From assembly GCA_032718475.1 (NCBI GenBank), contig JAUCBJ010001754.1, positions 1-40,301 of the forward strand: DNA of 40,301 bases. Direction: 5' to 3'. A program made the translations under genes and the position numbers. Shown here piece by piece: positions 1 through 12,949 of this stretch (position 1 is its first letter; every line of letters begins with the position of its first letter). Source of the stretch: Nemertoderma westbladi (Eukaryota; Animalia; Xenacoelomorpha). The notes under the pieces were generated by a model, which saw nothing but the letters and a program-made list of their open reading frames with translations, searched no databases and was not told where the DNA came from.

Positions 1-658
1 GCACAAATGGGAGAAAGTTTCCCACCTGTTTCCATAATGGTTTTTGTTGGTATTGATGGAAAGGTGGTCATGAATATGAATATGAATTTTGGTTAGAAAT
101 ACTTGAGTGAGATATGGACTTTTTAGAGTGCATGAGTTTTCATCCACCGGTGAAAGATGATTGTGGAATGCTGAGACGTCCAGTCAAATTGATATTCAAC
201 AGTTAATCTTCAACAGTTTAGGATCATCTTTACTTACTCAACATCCCCCATCTGAAGACTAGTTAAATAACTAAAAACCATAACTACAGTTGGCCTATAT
301 ACTGTATAACTGATGAACTGTAGAATTTATTTATTTATTATATTATATTTGCACCATGATACGTATAGTATAGGCCTACTGTATACCTGTATTGGGTTTA
401 ATTAAAAACTTAGTTAAAAAAGTCGATTTTTAGAGTTGTAGTTTCTAATCCTGCGTTAAAGTGTACAGTAGGACGAATATCCCATCTGCAAATTAATTAT
501 CATATATTAATCGGGGCCTTGATAGATTTCTATTGTGATTAAGTTTTGTTTGTAGTATATTGTACTGTATATGTTTATAGGAGACAGGGGGAATGGGGGG
601 GGGGGGGGGCGGTACGTAATTCCCATCTTGGCGAATTATGCCGCCTCAATGTTAATTT

Positions 659-720
659 CTCAATTTAGGGAAAGGAGCAGGTTACAGTGGCACGTTATTT
701 TAACCAAAAAATAAACTAAA
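659..720 (-). repeat. Single inverted copy of the 68-bp minisatellite unit found at 25431-26515
   Basis: CAATTTAGGGAAAGGAGCAGGTTACAG...TAACCAAAA is the reverse complement of the unit core TTTTGGTTA...CTGTAACCTGCTCCTTTCCCT(C/A)AATTG. Confidence 0.75.
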
Positions 721-1057
721 TTCAATAGAGTATGTTACATTTTTGAGAATCTAGCTGTTATTTGCGTTATTTCCTATCTGATGTTTAGTTATGGTATGTA
801 AATTAGCACAGCAGTGGTGAAAATGCGGTATACACCGTGATTCTTATAATTTCGGCTCCAGTGAGGGGAACCAAGGAGAACTAATTCCAGTGATTTTCAA
901 TAGCCTCGGTTACAATGGTTTGGAACTAAGTGGTGGTTATCATTGTGAGTCCGATAAACTCAGATGTAGTGACTGAGAATCGAGCGACAATATATCCATA
1001 GTGATTACCGTACACTCGAGTCTGGTGGCAGGGATCCAAGCAACATCAAGCCTGATA

Positions 1058-4000
1058 ATTCCCATTAATAGGAACCTTTGGCTGGCGGGGTACTACTCTG
1101 TAGTTAACTCAGTGATTCCCATTAATTCGGAACCATTGGTTGACGGGGTACCACTTTGTAGTTAACTCAGAGATTCCTATTAATTCGGAACCATTGGTTG
1201 TTGGCCGGGTACCACTCTGTAGTTAACTCAGTGATTCCCATTAATTCTGAACCATTGGTTGGCCGGGTACCACTCTGTAGTTAACTCGGTGATTCCCATT
1301 AATTCTGAACCATTGGCTGTCGGGGTACCACTCTGTAGTTAACTCTGTGATTCCCATTAATTCGGAAATATTGGTTGATGGGGTACCACTCTGTAGTTAA
1401 CTCGGTCGATTCCTATTAATTCGGCGGTACAATTGGTTGATGGGGTACCACTCTGTAGTTAACTCAGTGATTCCCATTAATTCGGAACCATAGGTTGACG
1501 GGGTACCACTCTGTAGTTAATTCAATGATTCCCATTAATTCTGAACCATTGGTTGAAGGGGTACCACTCTGTAGTTAACTTAGTGATTCCCATTAATTCG
1601 GAACCATTGATTGGCGGGGTACCACTCTGTAGTTAACTCAGTGATTCCCATTAATTCTGAACCATTGGTTGGCCGGGTACCACTCTGTAGTTAACTCAAT
1701 GATTCCCATGAATTCGGAACCATTGGCTGGTGGGGTACCACTCTGTAGTTAACTCAGTGGTTCCCATTAATTCGGAACCATTGGTTGTTGGCCGGGTACC
1801 ACTCTGTAGTTAACTCAATGATTCCCATAAATTCGGAACCATTGGTTGCTGGCCGGGTACCACTCTGTAGTTAACTCAGTAATTCCCACTAATTCTGAAC
1901 CATTGGTTGGCCGGGTACCACTCTGTAGTTTACTCGGTGATTCCCATTAATTCGGAACCATTGGTTGACGGGGTACCACTTTGTAGTTAACTCAGTGATT
2001 CCTATTAATTCGGAACCATTGGTTGTTGGCCGGGTACCACTCTGTAGTTAACTCAGAGATTCCCATTAATTCGGAACCATTGGTTGTTGGCCGGGTACAA
2101 CTCTGTAGTTAACTCGGCGATTCCCATTAATTCTGAACCATTGGTTGACGGGGTACCACTCTGTAGTTAACTCAATGATTCCCATTAATTCTTATCCATT
2201 GGCTGGCGGGGTACCACTCTGTAGTTACCTCTGTGATTCCTATTAATTCGGAAATATTGGTTGACGGGGTACCACTCTGTAGTTAACTCAGTGATTCCCA
2301 TTAATTCGGAACCATTGGTTGAAGGGGTACCACTCTGTAGTTAACTCATTGATTCCCATTAATTCGGAACCATTGGTTGGAGGGGTACCACTCTGTAGTT
2401 AACTCAGTGATTCCCATTAATTATGAACCATTGGTTGGCCGGGTACCACTCTGTAGTTAACTCAGTGATTCCCATTAATTCTGAACCATTGGTTGACGGG
2501 GTACCGCTTTGTAGTTAACTCAGTGATTCCCATTAATTCGGAACCATTGGTTGGCGGGGTACCACTCTGTCGTTAACTCAGTGATTCCCATTAATTCTGA
2601 ACCATTGGTTGGCCGGGTACCATTCTGTAGTTAACTCAGTGATACCCATTAATTCGGAACCATTGGCTGGTTGGGTACCACTCTGTAGTTAACTCAGTGG
2701 TTCCCATTAATTTGGGACCATTGGTTGTTGGCCGGGTACCACTCTGTAGTTAACTCAATGATTCCCATTAATTGGGAACCATTGGTTGTTGGCCGGGTAC
2801 CACTCTGTAGTTAACTCAGTGATTCCCATTAATTGGGAACCATTGGTTGTTGGCCGGGTACCACTCTGTAGTTAACTCAGTGATTCCCATTAATTCTGAA
2901 CCATTGGATGTTGGCCGGGTACCACTCTGTAGTTAACTCAGTGATTCCCAATAATTCGGAACCATTGGTTGTTGGCCGGGTACCACTCTGTAGTTAACCC
3001 AATGATTCCCATTAATTCTGAACCATTGGTTGGCGGGGCACCACTCTGTAGTTAACTCAGTGATTCCCATTAATTCGGAACCATTGGTTGACGGGGTACC
3101 ACTCTGTAGTTAACTCAATGATTCCCATTAATTCTAATCCATTGGTTGACGATGTACCACTCTGTAGTTAACTCTATTATTCCCATTAATTAGGAACCAT
3201 TAGCTGACGGGGTACCACTCTGTAGTTAACTCAGTGATTCCCATTAATTCTGAACCATTGTTTGGCCGGGTACCACTCTGTAGTTAACTCAATGATTCCC
3301 ATGAATTCGGAACCATTGGCTGGTGGGGTACCACTCTGTAGTTAACTCAGTGGTTCCCATTAATTCGGAACCATTGGTTGTTGGCCGGGTACCACTCTGT
3401 AGTTAACTCAGTGATTCCCATGAATTCGGAACCATTGGCTGGTGGGGTACCACTCTGTAGTTAACTCAGTGGTTCCCATTAATTCGGAACCATTGGTTGT
3501 TGGCCGGGTACCACTCTGTAGTTAACTCAATGATTCCCATAAATTCGGAACCATTGGTTGCTGGCCGGGTACCACTCTGTAGTTAACTCAGTAATTCCCA
3601 CTAATTCTGAACCATTGGTTGGCCGGGTACCACTCTGTAGTTTACTCGGTGATTCCCATTAATTCGGAACCATTGGTTGACGGGGTACCACTTTGTAGTT
3701 AACTCAGTGATTCCTATTAATTCGGAACCATTGGTTGTTGGCCGGGTACCACTCTGTAGTTAACTCAGAGATTCCCATTAATTCCGAACCATTGGTTGTT
3801 GGCCGGGTACAACTCTGTAGTTAACTCGGCGATTCCCATTAATTCTGAACCATTGGTTGACGGGGTACCACTCTGTAGTTAACTCAATGATTCCCATTAA
3901 TTCTTATCCATTGGCTGGCGGGGTACCACTCTGTAGTTACCTCTGTGATTCCTATTAATTCGGAAATATTGGTTGACGGGGTACCACTCTGTAGTTAACT

Positions 4001-5172
4001 CAGTCGATTCCCATTAATTATGCGGTACCATTGGATGATGGGGTACCACTCTGTAGTTAACTCATTGATTCCCATTAATTCGGAACCATTGGTTGGAGGG
4101 GTACCACTCTGTAGTTAACTCAGTGATTCCCATTAATTATGAACCATTGGTTGGCCGGGTACCACTCTGTAGTTAACTCAGTGATTCCCATTAATTCTGA
4201 ACCATTGGTTGACGGGGTACCGCTTTGTAGTTAACTCAGTGATTCCCATTAATTCGGAACCATTGGTTGGCGGGGTACCACTCTGTCGTTAACTCAGTGA
4301 TTCCCATTAATTCTGAACCATTGGTTGGCCGGGTACCATTCTGTAGTTAACTCAGTGATACCCATTAATTCGGAACCATTGGCTGGTTGGGTACCACTCT
4401 GTAGTTAACTCAGTGGTTCCCATTAATTTGGGACCATTGGTTGTTGGCCGGGTACCACTCTGTAGTTAACTCAATGATTCCCATTAATTGGGAACCATTG
4501 GTTGTTGGCCGGGTACCACTCTGTAGTTAACTCAGTGATTCCTATTAATTCGGAACCATTGGTTGTTGGCCGGGTACCACTCTGTAGTTAACTCAGTGAT
4601 TCCCAATAATTCGGAACCATTGGTTGTTGGCCGGGTACCACTCTGTAGTTAACCCAATGATTCCCATTAATTCTGAACCATTGGTTGGCGGGGCACCACT
4701 CTGTAGTTAACTCAGTGATTCCCATTAATTCGGAACCATTGGTTGACGGGGTACCACTCTGTAGTTAACTCTATTATTCCCATTAATTAGGAACCATTAG
4801 CTGACGGGGTACCACTCTGTAGTTAACTCAGTGATTCCCATTAATTCGGAACCATTGGCTGGTGAGATACCACTCTGTAGTTAACTTAGTGGTTCCCATT
4901 AATACGGAATCATTGGTTGTTGGCCGGGTACCACTCTGTAGTTAACTCAATGATTCCAATTAATTCGGAACCATTGGTTGATGGCCGGGTACCACTCTGT
5001 AGTTAACTCAGTGATTCCTATTAATTCGGAACCATTGTTTGTTGGCCGGGTACAACTCTGTAGTTAACTCAGTGATTTCCATTAATTCTGAACCATTGGT
5101 TGAAGGGGTACCACTCTGTAGTTAACTCAGTGATTCCCATTAATTTGGAACCATTGATTGTTGACCGGGTAC
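1058..5172. repeat. Satellite A, left block: tandem 59/62-bp units (roughly 68 copies)
   Basis: Head-to-tail repeats of approximately GGGTACCACTCTGTAGTTAACTCAGTGATTCCCATTAATTCGGAACCATTGGTTGGCG with scattered substitutions and 3-bp insertions (e.g. extra TTG). No unique spacers. Confidence 0.97.
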
Positions 5173-5282
5173 TGTAGTATATATAATAGGCCATGACCGA
5201 GTGCGGTCTTATGGTCTTGGTATCTGGACGGGACTAGCAGAATAGATATATACAATATAGCATATTGTTGGCCAATACTACA
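5173..5282 (+). repeat. 5' LTR (110 bp), TG...CA
   Basis: TGTAGTA...GCCAATACTACA. Its last 12 bp (GCCAATACTACA) recur exactly at 7253-7264, just before the TSD. Confidence 0.85.
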
Positions 5283-5283
5283 C

Positions 5284-5293
5284 TGGCGCAGTG
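5284..5293 (+). promoter_or_regulatory. Primer-binding site (TGGCGCAG...), compatible with a tRNA-Ser primer
   Basis: TGGCGCAGTG starts 1 bp after the LTR end. TGG is complementary to the tRNA CCA end. The tRNA identity is an inference. Confidence 0.7.
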
Positions 5294-5386
5294 TGTACCG
5301 GTACTGGTACCGGGTACATAGCCTACCGTGTATTGCTGCATTGGATTACAGCTCTCAGACCCAGACTGAACTGTACAAACTGATTT

Positions 5387-5468
5387 GTTGGCGATTATTA
5401 TTACACTGGTTGGCGATTAGTATTACACTGGTTGGCGATTATTCAGTTATTATTACACTGGTTGGCGA
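5387..5468. repeat. Short tandem repeat (~21-bp ATTACACTGGTTGGCGATT, 3-4 copies) in the retrotransposon 5' UTR
   Basis: GTTGGCGATT...ATTACACTGGTTGGCGA repeated directly in the sequence. Confidence 0.7.
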
Positions 5469-5718
5469 ATGTTTCAATAGGCCTACAGCCCACAGGCCCA
5501 AACTGAACTGTTCAAAACGGATTGTTGGCAATATTATTTCTGACAGGACTGAGCCTACTGGTTGGAAAAAAAATTAGTAAACGTAAACTTAATATAATTC
5601 CTGGATATCCCAGTATCCTGTCTGCTAGGGCCACATTGGCTAGGGCCTACTGCGCTACTGGTAGGCTATCCATTAAAATAGAAATAAATAAAAAAAATAA
5701 AAATTGCACAACAGGACC

Positions 5719-7252
5719 ATGGCTGCAAAGTATCCAATCCCCCAGCAACTTAATACTACTGCAGAGGATATGGTCCTCGAGTTTAGTGACTGGAAGCAAT
5801 CCTTTAATTTTTGGGCTGATGCAACAGAACTTCGGAATGAAGACAATGGCATTGCCAAACAAGTTGGCGCCTTAATGACCATGATTGGTAAACCAGCACA
5901 GAAAATAGCACAACAAAACTTTGTTTATGATATTGCACGACCTAATCCTAAACAGGCGTCAACAACCTGGTGAAACAATCCCGGGATTTTTCACAAGTTT
6001 AAGCCAACTGGCTAGTCATTGTGACCTTGCAAGCGAAACCCCAGAGACACGCCTTCGAGATACATTCATTTCTGGTATTAAAGATGATGAACTCCGTCGC
6101 CAGTTACTGCAACAACCTTCCGATGCTACACTTCAACTAATTCGTAATGCGGCTTCTGCATATGAGGCTGCCGTTTCAAGCCACAAAGAGCTTTCTGGAT
6201 TCAGCAGCCCAAATAATACCGCTTCAGATGTGTTGGCTGTCCAAAGCCGACAGTCCCAATATCCGTACCGCCCTATTTCTGGGCAGATAAGACAAGCACC
6301 ACCCCGTTCTACAACAACAACTATTTATATTCGAAATTGTCGGTTTTGTTGCCAGAGTCATAAAAAGGGAGCCTGTCCTGCTTATGGACAACACTGTAAA
6401 CGATGTGGCGAACTACACCATACCGGAAACTCTATTCTTTGCAAGAAAGAATCAAAACCGTTTCTACGCAGGTCCCACCCGAAACCCAGCTTTGGTGGCA
6501 GTAGTGCTGGGCCTAACCGATCTTTCCCAACTGCTCGGGTCCAGCCACGCAGTAATGTACACAATGTCATGGATTATGCGGATGAAGAATATGAGTATGA
6601 CAGCTATGGAGAGGAAGTGTGTTTCAATAAATTCGAACAAGTAGATCTTACAGACGAAATAGACAATGCAGTTGATAACTTTGAGATATATACTATTGAA
6701 GAAGTTAATAGCACCATGAACAATGAGGAATGTGATATTGTTCATCTAAATGCCTGCGAAGAAGGGATTTGCCCAGTTCTCCCTACACCTTGGCATATTC
6801 TCATTAATGTCGCAAGCCCTAGTTACTCAGTTAATGTAATTTTCTTGGTTGATAGTGGTACCAAACATACCATTCTTCCAAGCCAGAATGTCGACCTAAA
6901 CATTGTTAAACCCGATACTGATAAAAAACTACGTGGTTACATGGGCAAAACGTTTCTCCCTTTGCTTGGTAGTGCTAAGGTTACATTATCCTACGGGACC
7001 CGTTATGTTACCCTGGATGTTTATGTCGTTGAAGGAGCTACAATGGCACTACTTGGTAGAGACGCAATAACTAAACTGAACCTTTTACAACGGAAATTTA
7101 ACAATGAAGCTTTGGTAAATACAGTTCAAGTTTCTCCATCCCCTTGCGTAACGGAATTGTCTGCAATGAGGGTGCCTGAGGCCCATATTACTCTAAAACC
7201 GGATGCAGTACCTGTTCAACAAGCCCCACGTCGAGTTCCCTTCGGTCTCATT
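5719..7252 (+). pseudogene. gag-pol: Disrupted gag-protease(-pol start) of the Mag-like element
   Basis: ATG at 5719 (MAAKYPIPQQL...WKQSFNFWADA...KQVGALMTMIG), then a frame change near 5930-5950 into the 5921-7279 ORF. That ORF has RRQQPGETI..F...L..LASHC..RLRDTFISGI (gag), a double zinc knuckle CRFCCQSH...CPAYGQHCKRCGELHH, an aspartic protease FLVDSGT...LLGRD, and the pre-RT motif HITLKPDAVPVQQAPRRVPF, where it is truncated. Confidence 0.9.
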
Positions 7253-7264
7253 GCCAATACTACA

Positions 7265-10200
7265 GGTACCACTCTGTAGTTAACTCAGTGATTCCCATTA
7301 ATTCGGAACCATTGGTTTTTGGTAGGGTACCACTCTGTAGTTAACCCAATGATTCCCATTAATTCTGAACCATTGGTTGGCCGGGTACCACTCTGTAATT
7401 AACTCAATGTTTCCCATTAATTCTGAACCATTGGTTGACGGTGTACCACTCTGTAGTTAACTCTATTATTCCCATTAATTAGGAATCATTAGCTGACGAG
7501 GTACCACTCTGTAGTTAACTTAGTGGTTCCCATTAATTCAGAACCATTATTGGCTGGCGGGGTACCACTCTGTAGTTAACTCGGTGATTCCCATTGATTC
7601 GGCGGAACCATTGGCTGGAGGGGTACCACTCTGTAGTTAACTCAGTGATTCCCATTAATTCGGAACCATTGGTTGGCCGGGTACCACTCTGTAGTTAACT
7701 CAGTGATTCCCATTAATTCTGAAGCATTGGTTGACGGGGTATCACTCTGTAGTTAACTCAGTGATTCCCATTAATTCTGAACCATTGGTTGGCCGGGTAC
7801 CACTCTGTAGTTATTTCACTGATTCCCATTATTTCTGAACCATTGGTTGACGGGGTACCGCTCTGTAGTTAACTCGGTGATTCCCATTAATTCGGCGGAA
7901 CCATTGTCTGACGGGGTACCACTCTGTAGTTAACTCTATTATTCCCATTAATTAGGAACCATTAGCTGACGGGGTGCCACTCAGTAGTAAACTCGGTGAT
8001 TCCCATTAATTCGGCGGAACCATTGGCTGACGGGGTACCATCTGTAGTTAACTCAATTATTCCCATTAATAAGGAAACATTAGCTTACGGGGTACCCACT
8101 CTGTAGTTAACTCAGTGATTCCCATTAATTCTTAACCATTGGCTGGTGGGGTATACTACTCTGTAGTTAACTCAGTGATTCCCATTAATTCAGAACCATT
8201 ATTGGCTGGCGGGGTACCACTCTGTAGTTAACTCGGTGATTCCCATTGATTCGGCGGAACCATTGGCTGGAGGGGTACCACTCTGTAGTTAACTCATTGA
8301 TTCCCATTAATTCGGAACCATTGGCTGACGGGGTACCACTTTGTAGTTAACTCAGTGATTCCCTTTAATTCGGCGGAACCATTGGTTGGCGGGGTACCAC
8401 TCTGTAGTTAACTCAATGATTTCCATTAATTCTTAACCATTGGCTGGTGGGGTATACTACTCTGTAGTTAACTCAGTGATTCCCATTAATTCAGAACCAT
8501 TATTGGCTGGCGGGGTACCACTCTGTAGTTAACTCGGTGATTCCCATTGATTCGGCGGAACCATTGGCTGGAGGGGTACCACTCTGTAGTTAACTCATTG
8601 ATTCCCATTAATTCGGAACCATTGGCTGACGGGGTACCACTTTGTAGTTAACTCAGTGATTCCCTTTAATTCGGCGGAACCATTGGTTGGCGGGGTACCA
8701 CTCTGTAGTTATCTCAATAATTCCCATTAATTCTGAACCATTGGTTGACGGGGTACCACTCTGTAGTTAACTCAGTGATTCCAATTAATTCAGAACCATT
8801 ATTGGCCGGCGGGGTACCACTCTGTAGTTAACTTAGTGATTCCCATTAATTCGGCGGAACCATTGGTTGGCGGGGTACCACTCTGTTGTTAACTGAATTA
8901 TTCCCATTAATTATGAACCATTAGCTGACGGGGTACCACTCTGTAGTTAACTCGGTGATTCCCATTAATTCGGCGGTACCATTGGTTGACGGGGTACGAC
9001 TCTGTAGTTAACTCAATTATTCCCATTAATAAGGAAACATTAGCTCACGGTGTACCCACTCTGTAGTTATCTCAATGATTCCCATTAATTCTGAACCATT
9101 GGTTGACGGGGTACCACTCTGTAGATAACTCAGTGATTCCAATTAATTCAGAACCATTATTGGCTGTCGGGGCACCACTCTGTAGTTAACTCAATTATTC
9201 CCATTAATTATGAATCATTGGCTGACGGGGTACCACTTTGTAGTTAAGTCAATGATTCCCATTAATTCTGTACATTGGCTGGTGGGGTACCACTCTGTAG
9301 TTAACTCGATGATTCCCATTAATAAGGAAGCATTGGTTGTTGGCCGGGTACCACTCTGTAGTTAACTCAGTGATTCCCATTAATTCTGAACCATTGGTTG
9401 ACGGGGTACCACTCTGCGGTTGACTCAGTGATTCCCATTAATTCGGAACCATTATTGGCTGGCTGGGTACCACTCTGCAGTTAACTCGGTGATTCCCATT
9501 AATTCGGAACCATTGTTGGCTGGTTGGGTACCACTCTGCAGTTAACTCGGTGATTCCCATTAATTCGGAACCATTGTTGGCTGGTTGGGTACCACTCTGT
9601 AGTTAACTCGGTGATTCCCATTAATTCGGAACCATTATTGGCTGGCGGTGTACGCCACTCTGTAGTTAACTCGGTGATTCCCATTAATTCGGAACCATTA
9701 TTGGCTGGCGGGGTACCACTCTGTAGTTAACTTAGTGATTATCATTAATTAGGAACCATTATTGGCTGGCGGGGTACCACTCTGTAGTTAACTCAGTGAT
9801 TCCCATGAATTCGGAACCATTGGCTGGTGGGGTACCACTCTGTAGTTAACTTAGTGATTCCCATTAATTCGGAATCATTATTGATTGGGGGGGTACCATT
9901 CTGTAGTTAACTCAGTGATTCCCCCATCAATTCGGAACCATTATTAGCTGGGGGGGTACCACTCTGTAGTTATCTCGGTGATTCCCATTAATTCAGAACC
10001 ATTATTGGCTGGTGTGGTACCATTCTGTAGTTAACTCAGTGATTCCCATTAATTCAGAACCATTATTGGCTGGCGTGGTACCACTCTGTAGTTAACTCAG
10101 TGATTCCCATTAATTCAGAACCATTATTGGCTGACGGCGTACCACTCTGTAGTTAACTCAGTGTTTCCCATTAATTCGGCGGAACCATTGATTGGTGGGG

Positions 10201-12595
10201 TACTACTCTGTAGTTAACTCAGCAATTCCCATTAATTCAGAACCATTATTGGCTGGCGTGGTACCATTCTGTAGTTAACTCAGTGATTCCCATTATTTCA
10301 GAACCATTATTGGCTGGCGTGGTACCACTCTGTAGTTAACTCAGTGTTTCCCATTAATTCGGAACCATTGGTTGGTGGGGTACCACTCTGTAGTTAACTC
10401 AGTGATTCCCATTAATTCAGAACCATTATTGGCTGGCGTGGTACCACTCTGTAGTTAACTCAGTGTTTCCCATTAATTCGGAACCATTGGCTGGCGTGGT
10501 ACCACTCTGTAGTTAACTCAGTGATTCCCATTAATTCAGAACCATTATTGGCTGGCGTGGTACCACTCTGTAGTTAACTCAGTGTTTCCCATTAATTCGG
10601 AACCATTGGTTGGTGGGGTACCACTCTGTAGTTAACTCAGTGATTCCCATTAATTCAGAACCATTATTGGCTGGCGTGGTACCACTCTGTAGTTAACTCA
10701 GTGTTTCCCATTAATTCGGAACCATTGGCTGGCGTGGTACCACTCCGTATTTAACTCAGTGATTCCCATTAATTCAGAACCATTATTGGCTGGTGGGGTA
10801 ACACTCTGTAGTTAACTCAGTGATTCCCATTAATTCGGCGGAACCATTGGTTGGCGGGGTACCACTCTGTTGTTAACTGAATTATTTCCATTAATTATGA
10901 ACCATTACGTTCGGGGTACCACTCTGTAGTTAACTCGGAGATTCCCATTAATTCGGAACCATTATTGGCTGGCTGGGTACCACTCTGTAGTTACCTCGGT
11001 GATACCCATTATTTCGGAACCATTGTTGGCTGTTGGGGTACCACTCTTTAGTTAACTCGGTGATTCCCATTAATTCGGAACCATTATTGGCTGGCGGTGT
11101 ACGCCACTCTGTAGTTAACTCGGTGATTCCCATTAATTCGGAACCATTATTGGCTGGCGGTGTACGCCACTCTGTAGTTAACTCGGTGATTCCCATTAAT
11201 TCGGAACCATTATTGGCTGGTGGGCTCCCACTCTGTAGTTAACTCAGTGTTTCCTATTAATTCGGAACCATTGGCTGGCGTGGTACCACTCTGTAGTTAA
11301 CTCAGTAATTCCCATTAATTCAGAACCATTATTGGCTGGCGTGGTACCATTCTGTAGTTAACTCGGTGATTCCCATTAATTCGGTGGAACCATTGGCTGA
11401 CGGGGTACCACTCTGTAGTTATCTCAATGATTCCCATTAATTTTGAACCATTGGTTGACGGGGTACCACTCTTTAGTTAACTCAGTGATTCCCATTAATT
11501 CGGCGGAACCATTGGTTGGCGGGGTACCACTCTGTTGTTAACTGAATTATTTCCATTAATTATGAACCATTAGGTTCGGGGTACCACTCTGTAGTTAACT
11601 CGGTGATTCCCATTAATTCGGAACCAATATTGGCTGGCTGGGTACCACTCTGTAGTTAACTCGGTGATTCCCATTAATTCGGAACCATTGTTGGCTGGTG
11701 GGGTACCACTCTTTAGTTAACTCGGCGATTCCCATTAATTCAGAACCATTATTTGGTAGGCGGGGTACCACTCTGTAGTTAACTCGGTGATTCCCATTAA
11801 TTCGGAACCATTATTGGCTGGCGGTGTACGCCACTCTGTAGTTTACTCGGTGATTCCCATTAATTCGGAACCATTATTGGCTGGCGGGCTCCCACTCTGT
11901 AGTTAACTCAGTGATTCCCATTAATTCGGCGGAACCATTGGCTGACGGGGTACCACTCTGTAGTTAACTCAATTATTCCCATTAATAAGGAAACATTAGC
12001 TCACGGTGTACCCACTCTGTAGTTATCTCAATGATTCCAATTAATTCTGAACCATTTGTTTACGGGGTACCACTCCGTAGTTAACTCGGTGATTCCCATT
12101 AATTCAGAATCATTATTGGCTGGCGTGGTACCATTCTGTAGTTAACTCAGTGATTCCTATTAATTCAGCACCATTATTGGCTGGTGGGGTACCACTCTGT
12201 AGTTAACTCAGTGGTTCGCATTAATTTGGAACCAGTATTGGCTGGCGGGGTACCACTCTGTAGTTAACTCAGTGATTCCCATTAATTCAGAACCATTATT
12301 GGCTGACGGCGTACCACTCTGTAGTTAACTCAGTGATTCGCATTAATTCGGAACCATTATTGGCTGGCGGGGTACAACTCTGTAGTTAACTCAGTGATTC
12401 CCATTAATTCAGAACCATCATTGGCTGGCGTGGTACCATTCTGTAGTTAACTCAGTGATTCCCATTAATTCGGAACCATTATTGGCTGACGGCGTACCAC
12501 TCTGTAGTTAACTCATTGATTCCCATTATTTCGGAACCATTGGCTAACGGGGTACCAATCTGTGGTTAAGTCAGCGATTCCTATTAATTCGGAAT
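7265..12595. repeat. Satellite A, right block: tandem 59/62-bp units (roughly 87 copies)
   Basis: Same unit as 1058-5172, resuming in phase after the TSD. Variants ATTATTGGCTGG and TTCGGCGGAACC are common here. Confidence 0.97.
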
Positions 12596-12853
12596 TAATA
12601 AATAGTAATGAGTATGAAGATACTATACTGTTTAGAAAATAGTTATATTTCCGTACCCAACTGATACACATCTGTATTATTAGAAACATTGATCGATAAA
12701 CCACATTTGGTTACTTTGCAAAGGAACTAATGTATCTACCGTTGTCTGTCTGTCACATAATATTTGAAGGCAAATGACTCAGTCAATCTTTAATGAAATT
12801 AAAACAAAATATTTCGTAAATGTTCCCACGAGCATCTTCATCTTCTTCTTGTG

Positions 12854-12949
12854 TTACAGTGTAGCCAAATCTTGGAATTCATACCATCTTGTATCGCAAC
12901 AAAAATCGCTTAAGAATAATGGACTACATAGCTTGCGATGGCAGCAATC
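12854..12949 (-). CDS. Exon 2 of an 8-cysteine insulin-like peptide (octinsulin-like): A chain and C-terminal extension
   Basis: Minus-strand translation DCCHRKLCSPLFLSDFCCDTRWYEFQDLATL* has the insulin-family A-chain pattern CC-x4-C-x8-C plus an extra C. It is preceded by a strong acceptor TTCCCTTGTCCTTCCCCAG (AG at 12951-12950), with an in-frame stop just upstream of the acceptor. Possible ATTAAA polyA signal near 12789-12794. Confidence 0.85.
   Translation of the reverse strand, partial: DCCHRKLCSPLFLSDFCCDTRWYEFQDLATL

Larger units (their letters stand above)
5173..7264 (+). mobile_element. Internally deleted Ty3/Gypsy LTR retrotransposon (Mag-like clade)
   Basis: Starts TGTAGTA (5173) and ends TACTACA (7264). 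Flanked by a 5-bp TSD GGTAC (5168-5172 and 7265-7269). Contains a short 5' LTR, PBS, gag and protease. RT/RNaseH/integrase are absent and only 12 bp of the 3' LTR remain. Confidence 0.92.

Noticed and set aside
5921-7279. Domesticated or intact gag-protease gene
   Set aside because: The gag N-terminus is in another frame, the ORF has a non-ATG start, and it ends by running into LTR remnant and satellite. It is best read as a decayed element.
9499-11242. ORFs with repeated MGITELTTEW... peptides
   Set aside because: These are chance read-throughs of satellite units. Unit lengths of mostly 59/62 bp are not multiples of 3 and most frames contain stops.
1058-12595. CRISPR-like array (conserved part plus variable part, with palindromes)
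   Set aside because: The variable segments are short mutational variants of one sequence and not unique spacers. There are no cas genes and the context is eukaryotic.
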